From positions 1,582-65,581 of the forward strand of contig CANKUB010000008.1 of NCBI GenBank assembly GCA_947486575.1: a stretch of 64,000 nt of DNA, in the 5' to 3' direction. The stretch is from Betaproteobacteria bacterium (lineage in GTDB: Bacteria > Pseudomonadota > Gammaproteobacteria > Burkholderiales > SG8-41). Of this stretch, positions 17,810 through 26,719 are shown piece by piece. The notes beneath the pieces were generated by a model. That model saw only the letters and a program-made list of their open reading frames with translations, made no database searches and was not told the DNA's origin. The translations under genes were made by a program, and so were the position numbers. Positions within the stretch are counted from its first letter, which is position 1; every line of letters starts with the position of its first letter.

Positions 17810-19558
17810 ATGCTTCGATTCATGCCGAACTTTACACGCGTTGCGATTGCCGCGCTGATCAGTGGTGCGCTGGCTTTGCCCGCTGTCGCGCAATACAAGC
17901 TCACAGTCAACGGTGACCGTCTGGTTAACGCTCAGAACGAGCCGCAAAACTGGTTGCTGATGAATGGTGACTATGCTGCCACGCGTTACTCACGGCTCAC
18001 GCAAGTAAATCGCGACAATGTAAAAGACATGCGCATGGTTTGGGCGTTGGCGCTCGGTGGCATGCAGGGTGTGGGCGCCAACGGACCGCAGAGTGAAGTG
18101 AATCCGCTGATCGACAATGGTTATATGTACACCACCGACGGCTGGGGCACAGTCTACAAAATCGATGCACGCAATCCGAATCGCGGCCAGTTTGTGTGGG
18201 TTACCGATCCGGGCGTGGCCAAGCAGGGTAACACGGCGATCACGCGTGGCATTGCCTTGTGGGAAGACAAAGTGCTGGCCAATTTGCCTGATGGACGCGT
18301 TATTGCCATGAATCGTGAGAATGGCGAAATCCTGTGGGACAAAATGATCATGACCAAAAACGAGTTTGGTCTGCAGGAGCGCTTTCTGACGGCGCCCCTG
18401 GTGGCTGATGGCAAAGTGCTGATTCAGAACGGCGCGGGTGATGGCGGCACGCGCGGCTGGGTCGCTGCGCTGGATGTTAATACGGGCAATGAGTTGTGGC
18501 GCTGGTATGTCGTGCCCAAGCCTGGGGACCCCGGCAGCGAAACGTGGAAGGATACGAACAATGCGTGGAAAACCGGCGGTGGCGGCATCTGGCAAACCGG
18601 TTCATATGATCCGGTTAACAAAATGTACGTGGTTGGCACGGGTAACCCGTATCCGATCTATGACGTGGAGGCGCGCCCCGGCGACAACCTCTACACCGAC
18701 TCGGTGGTGGCGCTGGATATCAATACCGGCAAGCCTAAATGGCACTTTCAGTACACGCCCAACGATGGTTGGGACTACGACGAGAACGGCATACACATGC
18801 TCTACGAGACCACAGTCAATGGTCAGCGGCGCAGTGTGGTGGGCCATTTCGGGCGCAACGGGTTTTATTACACGCTTGACCGAGCCACCGGCAAGTTCAT
18901 CAAGGGCACGCAATACGTTAATGATCTGAACTGGACCAAGGGCCTCAACCCCAACACCGGCAGGCCGCTCGAGTACGACCCGAAACTTGACGTGCAGATT
19001 TACAACCGCGAAGCGCGCGCCTTGCGCGGCGATGGATTCAGGCGCGCGTGCCCGACCTGGCACGGCGGCGTGGCACATCAGCCCACGGCCTACAATCCGG
19101 TGAAAGGCATCGCCTACGGCGTTGGTACCGAAGGCTGCTTCATGCAGACCGGTGCCGAATTCAAGTTCGGGCCTGATGGTCCGGTTCGTGCCAGCGCGGG
19201 CGCACGCAAATACACCAGCGATTTGTATTATGGCGCGGTAACAGCCTTTGATACCGTCAACCACAAGGTGATTGCAAAAGCGGTGACCGAAATTGAAATT
19301 CGTTCAGGCGCAACTGTGACCGCGGGCGGTCTGCTATTTACCGCGCTGCAGGATGGCTGGGTGGTTGCCTACAACGATGAAACGCTGGAAGAACTGTGGC
19401 GCTTTAACGTGGGCACGCCGCTGAAAGGCGCACCTGTTACCTACGCCATTGGCCCCAAGCAATATCTGGCGGTGCAAGGTAGTGGACGCCATCTGCACCC
19501 GGTAAAGTTCGACAAGCTTGAGAACTCGAGCTATCTGTTTGTGTTTGCACTGAATTAA
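17810..19558 (+). CDS. PQQ-dependent dehydrogenase, methanol/ethanol family (periplasmic)
   Basis: Signal peptide, NWLLMNGDYAATRYS, repeated W-motif beta-propeller blades, GTGNPYP, GWDYDENG. 582 aa with no heme domain. Confidence 0.9.
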   Translation: MLRFMPNFTRVAIAALISGALALPAVAQYKLTVNGDRLVNAQNEPQNWLLMNGDYAATRYSRLTQVNRDNVKDMRMVWALALGGMQGVGANGPQSEVNPLIDNGYMYTTDGWGTVYKIDARNPNRGQFVWVTDPGVAKQGNTAITRGIALWEDKVLANLPDGRVIAMNRENGEILWDKMIMTKNEFGLQERFLTAPLVADGKVLIQNGAGDGGTRGWVAALDVNTGNELWRWYVVPKPGDPGSETWKDTNNAWKTGGGGIWQTGSYDPVNKMYVVGTGNPYPIYDVEARPGDNLYTDSVVALDINTGKPKWHFQYTPNDGWDYDENGIHMLYETTVNGQRRSVVGHFGRNGFYYTLDRATGKFIKGTQYVNDLNWTKGLNPNTGRPLEYDPKLDVQIYNREARALRGDGFRRACPTWHGGVAHQPTAYNPVKGIAYGVGTEGCFMQTGAEFKFGPDGPVRASAGARKYTSDLYYGAVTAFDTVNHKVIAKAVTEIEIRSGATVTAGGLLFTALQDGWVVAYNDETLEELWRFNVGTPLKGAPVTYAIGPKQYLAVQGSGRHLHPVKFDKLENSSYLFVFALN

Positions 19559-19710
19559 TCATTTGAGCGTGGACGCAGAAGGCGGCGCAGTAATGCCGCT
19601 ATTCTGCAAACGCGTTGCTGACCCTCGGCGCTGGCGCTTGCGTCAGCCACCCATACAGTGGGAACCAAATTCAGGATCGCGGTAGCAGGCGAAGTGGCTT
19701 GAAGGGCGGT

Positions 19711-20406
19711 CTACTGCGGAACGGGTGTCAAACCATTCTTGATCATGCATTCCGAAGCCTGCGCGCCGCGCAATTGCTGAATCAATGCCCTGGCAGCGTC
19801 GCGGTGCTGCGTCGTTGCGCCAAGACCTGCCGCAAACAGGCTGTTAAGCTGCACGGCATTCGGCAACAGGCCAATCAGGTCAACACCTTTTACCGCAAGT
19901 ATTTCACTGGTCTGCTGAAAGCCGAGTTCGACTTCGCCGCGCAGGACGACTTCGCCTACCAGTCCGCTGGCGTGTATTTTAGCTTTTGCGTTGACGATAT
20001 CGGCGATGCCGAGTTGAGCGATGACCTTCGCCATATGTATGCCACTTTGTCCTGCTTTGGAATACGAAACCGATTTTGCCTCAAGCAATGTGCGCTTGAG
20101 TGCTTCGATAGTGCTGATGTCAGGCCGGGGCGCGCCCGCCCGCACGCAGGCGCCGATGCCTGCGGTAGCGAGATCGGTGCGCGAGCCGGCGGCGATCTTG
20201 CCTTCTTTCGCAAGATCATCAATCGCACTGGCAGTGGCAATGACCAAATCGGCTACCGCACCGGCGCGCATGGTTTCCAGCGTGTGATTGGTAGAACCAA
20301 AATCCACCTTGGCCGTAACACCGTGGGCACGTTCAAACGCGGGCAGGCAGTCGAGTAACACCGTGCGCAATGCGTTGCTGCCGAAGATATTGAATTCGCT
20401 GGCCAT
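19711..20406 (-). CDS. ModA-like type 2 periplasmic-binding-fold protein lacking a signal peptide
   Basis: 231 aa. FNIFGSNALRTVLLDCLPAFERAHGVTAKVDFGSTN... resembles molybdate/tungstate-type binding proteins. The ORF cannot be extended upstream and starts directly in the mature-domain-like sequence. The overlapping + ORF 19615-20358 is judged a shadow. Confidence 0.65.
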   Translation of the reverse strand: MASEFNIFGSNALRTVLLDCLPAFERAHGVTAKVDFGSTNHTLETMRAGAVADLVIATASAIDDLAKEGKIAAGSRTDLATAGIGACVRAGAPRPDISTIEALKRTLLEAKSVSYSKAGQSGIHMAKVIAQLGIADIVNAKAKIHASGLVGEVVLRGEVELGFQQTSEILAVKGVDLIGLLPNAVQLNSLFAAGLGATTQHRDAARALIQQLRGAQASECMIKNGLTPVPQ

Positions 20407-20423
20407 TGCTAACGGGAGTATTT

Positions 20424-20443
20424 CATAAGCAATTGTTTTTAAA
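20424..20443 (-). repeat. AT-rich boundary motif, copy 8
   Basis: Reverse complement TTTAAAAACAATTGCTTATG, between the acyl-CoA dehydrogenase stop (20447) and the start of the binding-protein gene (20406). Confidence 0.8.
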
Positions 20444-20446
20444 CAA

Positions 20447-21631
20447 TTATTTCATGCGACGCACTGCTTTCAACCGTTGGGTGTTGTCGCCAGCGAGATG
20501 TGTCCAGATGATGCCATCGCGCACCAGCTTTTGTGTCATGGCGTCCATCATGCCTCCCCGCGCACCACTTGCGCCATGCACTGCCATGTTAAGTTTAGTG
20601 ACGCGTTGCAGTACGTCGGATGCATACGCCATGACCAGTACCGGGCTCAGCGATCCGTGCACCTTGGTGTCCATATCCCACGCAGTGCGCATGACGTACG
20701 AGCGCAGCGTTTCGGTGAGCATATGCATTTCGTGGATATTCATTTGCACAAGCTGGTGATCGTACAACGCCTTGCCCGCGCGCTTTTCTTTCTTGGCAAA
20801 CTGCATGGCGTACTCGGCTGCCGCATCACAAATGCCGAGTGCGTTGGCCGCCAGTTCAAAATCGCTGAATTCAGCGGCTACGCCACTGCGCACCTTCTGG
20901 CCCTTATGCGGTTCGCCCACCACGTTGGCGTGAGGCACGCGCGCGTTTTCGAAAATGAGTTCGGCGTTCTGATAAAAGCGCCAGCCAGCCTTGTTAAACA
21001 CCTTGCCGATGCGGAAACCCGGCGTGCCCAGCGGCACCATGAATACGGTGGTGCCTTCGCGTGCGACGACGCTGGTGTCTGAGCGCGAATTCACGAAAAA
21101 CAGTTTGCCAACCGACCCATTGGCGATAAATGTTTTTTCGCCATTCAGAATCCATTCGTCGCCCTTGCGTTCGGCCTTGACCCGAAAGCCTGAAGTCACA
21201 TCATCCGGCGGGTAGCGGTTATCGGAGCCGGAATTGGGCTCGGTACTGGCCGAGCCAATCACATACGTGTCGTCGGCGAGAAAGGGCGTGAGAAAGCGAT
21301 CCTTTTGGTCTTTGGTGCAAAACTCAGCGATCAGGTGACTCCACTTCCAGTTCTGGCTGAACGCCTTGGACATCGCGCTGTCCGCCTTGGCAAGTTCGGC
21401 CATGACGATGGCCTGGGTAACAAAATCTGCGCCCACGCCGCCCAATTCTTTGGGCACGGTGAACGTGCGAAACCCCAGCTTGGAGCCTGCCTTGATGATG
21501 TCCCAATCCCACGGTTCACGGCCGCCTTCAATCTGGTCGCGCTTGAGCGATGCCGGCAGCAGCACTTCCCTGGCGAAATGGCGGGCCTCGTTTTTCCAGC
21601 GGCTTTGTTCTTCGTTTAGTGCGAAATCCAT
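20447..21631 (-). CDS. acyl-CoA dehydrogenase family protein
   Basis: 394 aa with ACAD N, middle and C domain patterns (...GSASTEPNSGSD...FIANG...GGTDAM-type C-terminal helices). Confidence 0.9.
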   Translation of the reverse strand: MDFALNEEQSRWKNEARHFAREVLLPASLKRDQIEGGREPWDWDIIKAGSKLGFRTFTVPKELGGVGADFVTQAIVMAELAKADSAMSKAFSQNWKWSHLIAEFCTKDQKDRFLTPFLADDTYVIGSASTEPNSGSDNRYPPDDVTSGFRVKAERKGDEWILNGEKTFIANGSVGKLFFVNSRSDTSVVAREGTTVFMVPLGTPGFRIGKVFNKAGWRFYQNAELIFENARVPHANVVGEPHKGQKVRSGVAAEFSDFELAANALGICDAAAEYAMQFAKKEKRAGKALYDHQLVQMNIHEMHMLTETLRSYVMRTAWDMDTKVHGSLSPVLVMAYASDVLQRVTKLNMAVHGASGARGGMMDAMTQKLVRDGIIWTHLAGDNTQRLKAVRRMK

Positions 21632-21955
21632 GGTTTTATCCTCGGCAAAGTGCGTTGGAGTCTAGCAAAAATTGCTGCACGCCGCATATTCAGTCCGTGG
21701 TTTGGACGGGCTTTTGTGTGGCGGCGGATGGTATGGCTGCTGCGGCCTTGCGCGACGGGCACAAACCGCTGTTTGATCATTTGCGGCTTCAGCATTTCAG
21801 GGAATCCCTTCGCGTCATACCCCAACAGGCGATGCTTGCGCGCCGCCACATCAGGGCAATAGATCAGGCCGGTAACGCTTGATGCCCGTTGCAAAACGGC
21901 GCGCCGCCATGCAAACTCAATTGATCGGGAAACCGAAGCATTTTGGAGATCATGA

Positions 21956-22927
21956 ATGAAGGCACGGCAGTGTTTGGCGATTGCGGGTTTAACGGCGCTG
22001 TCTCTGGTGCAGGGTCCTGCATTTGCGCAAACGTTTCCGGTAAAACCTTTGCGTTTGATCGCGCCATTTCCGACCGGCGCATCGCAGATATTGGCGCATA
22101 TGCTATCGGAAAAACTGGCCGAATCACTTGGGCAACCGGTGGTGGTGGACTATCGCCCGGGCGGGGGCGGCAACATTGGCGCGGAAGTGGCGGCGCGTAT
22201 GCCGCCGGATGGTTACACGATGGTCATCCTGAGCGCCTCGCACGCCACCAATCCGAGCATGTACAAGAAACTGAAATACGACCCGATCAAGGATTTTGCG
22301 CCGATTACGCTGGCGGCGACCGTGCCCAATTTGATCGTGGTGCATCCGTCATTGCCAGTAAACAGCTTGAAAGAGTTGGCAGCCCTTGGGCAAAAAAACC
22401 CGGGCAAACTCACCTTCGGCTCTGGCGGCGTGGGCTCGTCCAATCATCTGGCAAGCGAGCTCTTTGCCTCGATCAACCATCTCAAGATGGTGCACGTGCC
22501 CTATAAGGGCGCCAGCATTGCCTTGACCAATATTTTGTCTGGGGAATCCGATATGGTGGTTGTCACTGTGCCTGCCACCATTCCTTTCATCAACGCGGGC
22601 CGCCTTCGTGGTTTGGCCGTGCTTGATACCAAGCGCGTGCCACAGTTACCGCAATTACCGACCAGTGTTGAGGCAGGCATGCCGGACCTGCAGTTGACGA
22701 CATGGTATGGTGTGGCCGCGCCTGCGGGACTACGCAGCGACATCATTGCGCGCCTGCACAAGGATACGTCGGCAGCCATGCAAGCGAACGACGTCAAACA
22801 GCGCCTGGCCCATGTCGGCATTGATGCTGCTGTGTCTGCAACGCCAGCCGAGTTTGGCGACTACATACGTGCTGAAGTCACGCGCTGGGCAAAGATTATA
22901 CGGGCGGCGAAAATTCAGTTCGATTGA
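21956..22927 (+). CDS. Bug/TctC-family substrate-binding protein
   Basis: Signal peptide, then FPVKPLRLIAPFPTGASQILAHMLSEKL...GGGGNIG...PYKG. Confidence 0.9.
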   Translation: MKARQCLAIAGLTALSLVQGPAFAQTFPVKPLRLIAPFPTGASQILAHMLSEKLAESLGQPVVVDYRPGGGGNIGAEVAARMPPDGYTMVILSASHATNPSMYKKLKYDPIKDFAPITLAATVPNLIVVHPSLPVNSLKELAALGQKNPGKLTFGSGGVGSSNHLASELFASINHLKMVHVPYKGASIALTNILSGESDMVVVTVPATIPFINAGRLRGLAVLDTKRVPQLPQLPTSVEAGMPDLQLTTWYGVAAPAGLRSDIIARLHKDTSAAMQANDVKQRLAHVGIDAAVSATPAEFGDYIRAEVTRWAKIIRAAKIQFD

Positions 22928-22951
22928 TGGTGCGGTTGTCGTGGCGATGCG

Positions 22952-24400
22952 CTACTTCTGAGCGGGAAATGCGCCGAGGATGGATTTTGCTGCATCACCG
23001 GATTGCTCCAGCACAGCCACGGCATCGGCCAGGCGGTCAACCTCTGCCGCGCTGGCGCCCAATCCAAATTCAAGGCAGCCGCGCACTTTGGCGCGCATTT
23101 CCGTATCGTTCATTGGGTCCTGCGGACTGCCCTTGATAGTCTCGCGCTTGAGTTCAACAACCTTGCCGGATTTCAGCGTCAGTTTGACGCGCGCGGGTTC
23201 GATGGCAGTCGGATCAATGGTCGGGTCATCCACCACTTTGGTGATGGCAGTCAGCGCCGCAATGCCGCTATCGGTAATGGCCGGTTTGCGGTAGGAGTGC
23301 AAATCCACTTTGCCGTCGGCCAGTGCGCGCGCAAAGCTATACGCCGTGTTGAATTGCGCGTGGACAACGTCGTTGCGGGCCGGGTCGTACGGTGCGCCGA
23401 CGGTAAGCCAGTTCACGTTGCCCATGCCAACTTCGATGGCAGCGACGTCGGTGGGTTTGATGCCTTGCTGATGCAGTTGAATGCCGATGCCGATGGGGGT
23501 GTGATTGCAGCGGCAGCACGGATAGGGCTTGAAGCTGTACTCGGCGACGCGCCAGTCTTTGCCAAGGCCGTTGGTAAGAATTTCCGGCTTTACCTCATTG
23601 CGCTCATACAAGGCGAACAAACCGGCATTGCCTTCCAGTGTTCCCCGCGTGCTGGTGAGCCCGTCAGCGGCAAGAAATGCGCCCATCACGGCGTTGCGAG
23701 CTGCAAACCCCGGGCCCAGCCGCTTGGACAATACGCCATCACGCATGCTTTGCGCTGAGCCACTGGTCTGATGAAACGACATGCCAAGCGCGTTGGCCAG
23801 CCCGCCGGCGTCGAGGCCAATCATGCGCGCGGCGGCGACACCGGCTGATACCGTGCCAAAAATCATTGTCGGATGCCAGCCCTTTCCCAGGCTGTTGTAA
23901 CAGGCGAGACCCAGACGCGCATGCAGTTCTGCGCCGATGGCATAGGCCAGAATGAAATCTTTGCCACTGACCGGTTTGCCTTCCGCCGCAAGATCCTCGG
24001 CGGCGGCAAGCAGTGTTGGCAGCACGACGGCACTGGTGTGCACGCGCGCGGGATCGTGCTGGTCGTCAAAATCCAGCGCGTGAGCCGCTGCGCCGTTAGC
24101 CATGGCGGCCGTGGGTGGAGAATAGCGGCGCCTGCCGATAAGCCCCGTGGCTGAGCCGGTTTTTTCCCAGCGCACGAGACGCGCATTTAACTCGGCAATG
24201 CCGGGTGCATTAGCGGCGCCACCGATCACACCCAACGTGTCCAGTATCAGTGCCTTGACATTGTGCAGTACAGGCGCGGGCAGGCTGTCGTAAGACCACC
24301 CGGCGATGGTGGCACACAGCGCGCGGCTGTATCCATCCGGCAATGGAAACGATGTTGCGGCGAACATTTCTTTAACATTGGTAGAGGCGGGAGAGACCAT
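22952..24400 (-). CDS. MmgE/PrpD-family protein (2-methylcitrate dehydratase-like)
   Basis: ...LDTLGVIGGA...HALDFDD...HPT...PYPCCRCNHT... are typical PrpD-family motifs. The start is set at the second ATG (24400), which is preceded by AGGAA. Confidence 0.85.
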   Translation of the reverse strand: MVSPASTNVKEMFAATSFPLPDGYSRALCATIAGWSYDSLPAPVLHNVKALILDTLGVIGGAANAPGIAELNARLVRWEKTGSATGLIGRRRYSPPTAAMANGAAAHALDFDDQHDPARVHTSAVVLPTLLAAAEDLAAEGKPVSGKDFILAYAIGAELHARLGLACYNSLGKGWHPTMIFGTVSAGVAAARMIGLDAGGLANALGMSFHQTSGSAQSMRDGVLSKRLGPGFAARNAVMGAFLAADGLTSTRGTLEGNAGLFALYERNEVKPEILTNGLGKDWRVAEYSFKPYPCCRCNHTPIGIGIQLHQQGIKPTDVAAIEVGMGNVNWLTVGAPYDPARNDVVHAQFNTAYSFARALADGKVDLHSYRKPAITDSGIAALTAITKVVDDPTIDPTAIEPARVKLTLKSGKVVELKRETIKGSPQDPMNDTEMRAKVRGCLEFGLGASAAEVDRLADAVAVLEQSGDAAKSILGAFPAQK

Positions 24401-24545
24401 AATAATTTCCTTGAGGCGTGGGTGAGATGAAATTACCATAAAACCGCTTGCGCCTGGTGCGCGCCGTGCCAGCAGACGGGGCGCGTGATATTCTTGTCCG
24501 CTCGACTTTCCACAGCATGGATTGCATTCGCGTTTACGAGGTTAA

Positions 24546-26618
24546 ATGAGCAAGATATTTGTAGGCATCGATACAGGTGGCACATTTACTGATTTGGTGG
24601 CGGCCGATCTCGACGACGGGCGCTATTGCTATCACAAGGTTCCCACCACTACCGGCGATCCAGCGCGCGGTATTCTGGAAGGCATAGCCGAGTTGCTTGA
24701 TCAGAATAGCCTCGCGCGCAAGGATGTCGCGTTTCTGGTGTTGGGCACAACGCTCGCAACCAATGCCGTACTTGAAGGCAAGTGGGCCGCCACAGGGTTA
24801 ATCACAACCGCTGGTTTTCGTGATGTGCTGGAACTTGCGCGGCAGCGCCGCCCGCATTATTTCAATCTCGATATTCCCAAGCCGATGCCGCCCACTGCGC
24901 GTGATTGCCGTCTGGAGGTCAGCGAAAGAGTGGCGGCGGACGGTACGGTTGTCACACCACTGATGGAAGCTGATGTCCGTCGTGCGGTGGAGATTTTGAA
25001 GGCAAAGAAAGTCGAAGCGGTGGCTATTTGTTTTATGCACGCTTACGCCAATGCGGATCACGAAGAACGCGCCCGCGCGCTGGTGAAATCGCTGTGGCCC
25101 GACATTTACTTGTGCACGTCAAATGAAGTGCTGGGTGAGTTTCGTGAATTCGAGCGATTTTCGACGGCGACAGTCAATGCCAGCCTGATGCCGATCATGG
25201 ATCGGTATATGGAGCACTTTGAGCGAGGCGTCGCTGACCTTGGTATACCGCACACGCCGCGCGTGATGCAGTCCAACGGCGGGGCGGTGTCGCCGGGGGC
25301 GGTGCGCAAGCTGCCGGTGAATACTTTCTTTTCGGGCCCCGCGGGTGGTGTGATTGGGAGCGTGGGCCTGAGCCGCCAGCTAAAGGCTCCGAACCTGATT
25401 ACCTTTGACATGGGCGGCACGTCCACGGATGTGTGCCTGATTCGCGATGGCGAGCCCGCCAAGAAAAGCGAACGTCAGATGGGCGGATTCCCCGTGCGCA
25501 CGCGGACGCTGGACATTCATACCATCGGCGCGGGCGGCGGATCGATTGCCTGGATCGATGCGGGCGGTCTGCTCAAAGTGGGGCCGCAAAGTGCGGGCGC
25601 CTATCCGGGCCCAGCGGCCTACGGTCGTGGTGGTACCAAGGCAACCGTGACCGATGCCAATGTGGTGCTGGGGCGTTTGAGTCCGAAATCTTTGCTCGGC
25701 GGGCGCATGGCCATGCATCCCGACAAGGCCCATGCGGCCATTGATGAGCTTGCCACATCGTTGCGCGTGGACGCGGTGAAAGCGGCGGCCGGCGTCATAG
25801 AAATCATCAACGTCAATATGATGGGTGCGGTGCGTGTGATATCGGTTGAGCAGGGCGAAGATCCGCGCGATTTCACGCTGGTGGCGTTTGGCGGTGCCGG
25901 GCCGCTGCATGCCGCAGACGTGGCGCGCAATATGGGTATGGGCAAGGTGCTGGTGCCGCCACGGCCGGGGCTGCTGTCGGCGATTGGTTTGCTGCATGCG
26001 GATGTACGCGGCGATTTCAGCCTGACACGTTTGCTGCGCGCAGAAGGCGCTAATGTGAAGGCGTTCAACGCAGGCCTTGCCGATTTGAAGAAGCGCGGCG
26101 CGGAATGGCTGCGCGGGGAAAACAAAAGTGAGGGCGAAAGCAAAGCCAGGTTTGAGTGGTTTGTCGATCTGCGCTACTTCGGGCAAAACTTTGAATTGAT
26201 TATGCCGCTGGCGCAGGAGCGCCTGACAGCGGCGAATCTTGCGCGCCTGAGCAGTGCATTTCACAAGCGGCACAAAGCCTTTTACGGTTATGACATGCCG
26301 GCGCAGCCGGTGGAAATTGTCAATCTGCGGCTGGTCGTCACGGCAGCGCGCAAGGCGCCAGTCGCTGCGAAAATTAGTAAAAAAACTTTTTTAAAACAAA
26401 TAGTTAAACAGAGTCGCCGAGTATGGTTTCCCGAGACGGGGTTTGTGCAGACGCCGGTGTATGAGCGCGATCAGTTGCCTGCGGACTGGCGCGCGACGGG
26501 GCCGGCGATCATCGAACAGATGGATGCGACCACCGTGGTGCCTCCCAAGGCGACTATTCATAACGATACGTTGGGGTATTTGCATATGACGTTAGCTGTC
26601 GATGGGCGAGGCAAGTGA
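24546..26618 (+). CDS. hydantoinase/oxoprolinase family protein, A subunit
   Basis: MSKIFVGIDTGGTFTDLVA...DMGGTSTDV...GGGSIAW... is the HyuA/acetone-carboxylase-beta-type ATPase fold. Confidence 0.9.
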   Translation: MSKIFVGIDTGGTFTDLVAADLDDGRYCYHKVPTTTGDPARGILEGIAELLDQNSLARKDVAFLVLGTTLATNAVLEGKWAATGLITTAGFRDVLELARQRRPHYFNLDIPKPMPPTARDCRLEVSERVAADGTVVTPLMEADVRRAVEILKAKKVEAVAICFMHAYANADHEERARALVKSLWPDIYLCTSNEVLGEFREFERFSTATVNASLMPIMDRYMEHFERGVADLGIPHTPRVMQSNGGAVSPGAVRKLPVNTFFSGPAGGVIGSVGLSRQLKAPNLITFDMGGTSTDVCLIRDGEPAKKSERQMGGFPVRTRTLDIHTIGAGGGSIAWIDAGGLLKVGPQSAGAYPGPAAYGRGGTKATVTDANVVLGRLSPKSLLGGRMAMHPDKAHAAIDELATSLRVDAVKAAAGVIEIINVNMMGAVRVISVEQGEDPRDFTLVAFGGAGPLHAADVARNMGMGKVLVPPRPGLLSAIGLLHADVRGDFSLTRLLRAEGANVKAFNAGLADLKKRGAEWLRGENKSEGESKARFEWFVDLRYFGQNFELIMPLAQERLTAANLARLSSAFHKRHKAFYGYDMPAQPVEIVNLRLVVTAARKAPVAAKISKKTFLKQIVKQSRRVWFPETGFVQTPVYERDQLPADWRATGPAIIEQMDATTVVPPKATIHNDTLGYLHMTLAVDGRGK
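26388..26409 (+). repeat. AT-rich boundary motif, copy 9 (inside a CDS)
   Basis: TTTTTAAAACAAATAGTTAAAC within a roughly 40 nt AT-rich patch of hyuA, in frame, encoding ...KISKKTFLKQIVKQS.... Confidence 0.8.
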
Positions 26619-26719
26619 AAAATCGCGCAGCACGAAAAACCTCGCCTTCGCGGGAATGACGGTATTGGGTTTTAATCTGTGTTCATCTGTGTAAATACGT
26701 GGCAAAAAGGGTTTGAGTA

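Noticed and set aside
19559-19710. Possible terminator after the PQQ dehydrogenase gene (GGCGGC...GCCGCT).
   Set aside because: The stem is imperfect (5/6) and no T-tract follows. Support is insufficient.
19615-20358. 247 aa + strand ORF overlapping the 19711-20406 minus-strand gene.
   Set aside because: The minus-strand product has a recognisable ModA-like binding-protein pattern. The + ORF has none and starts with a non-ATG codon, so it was treated as a shadow.
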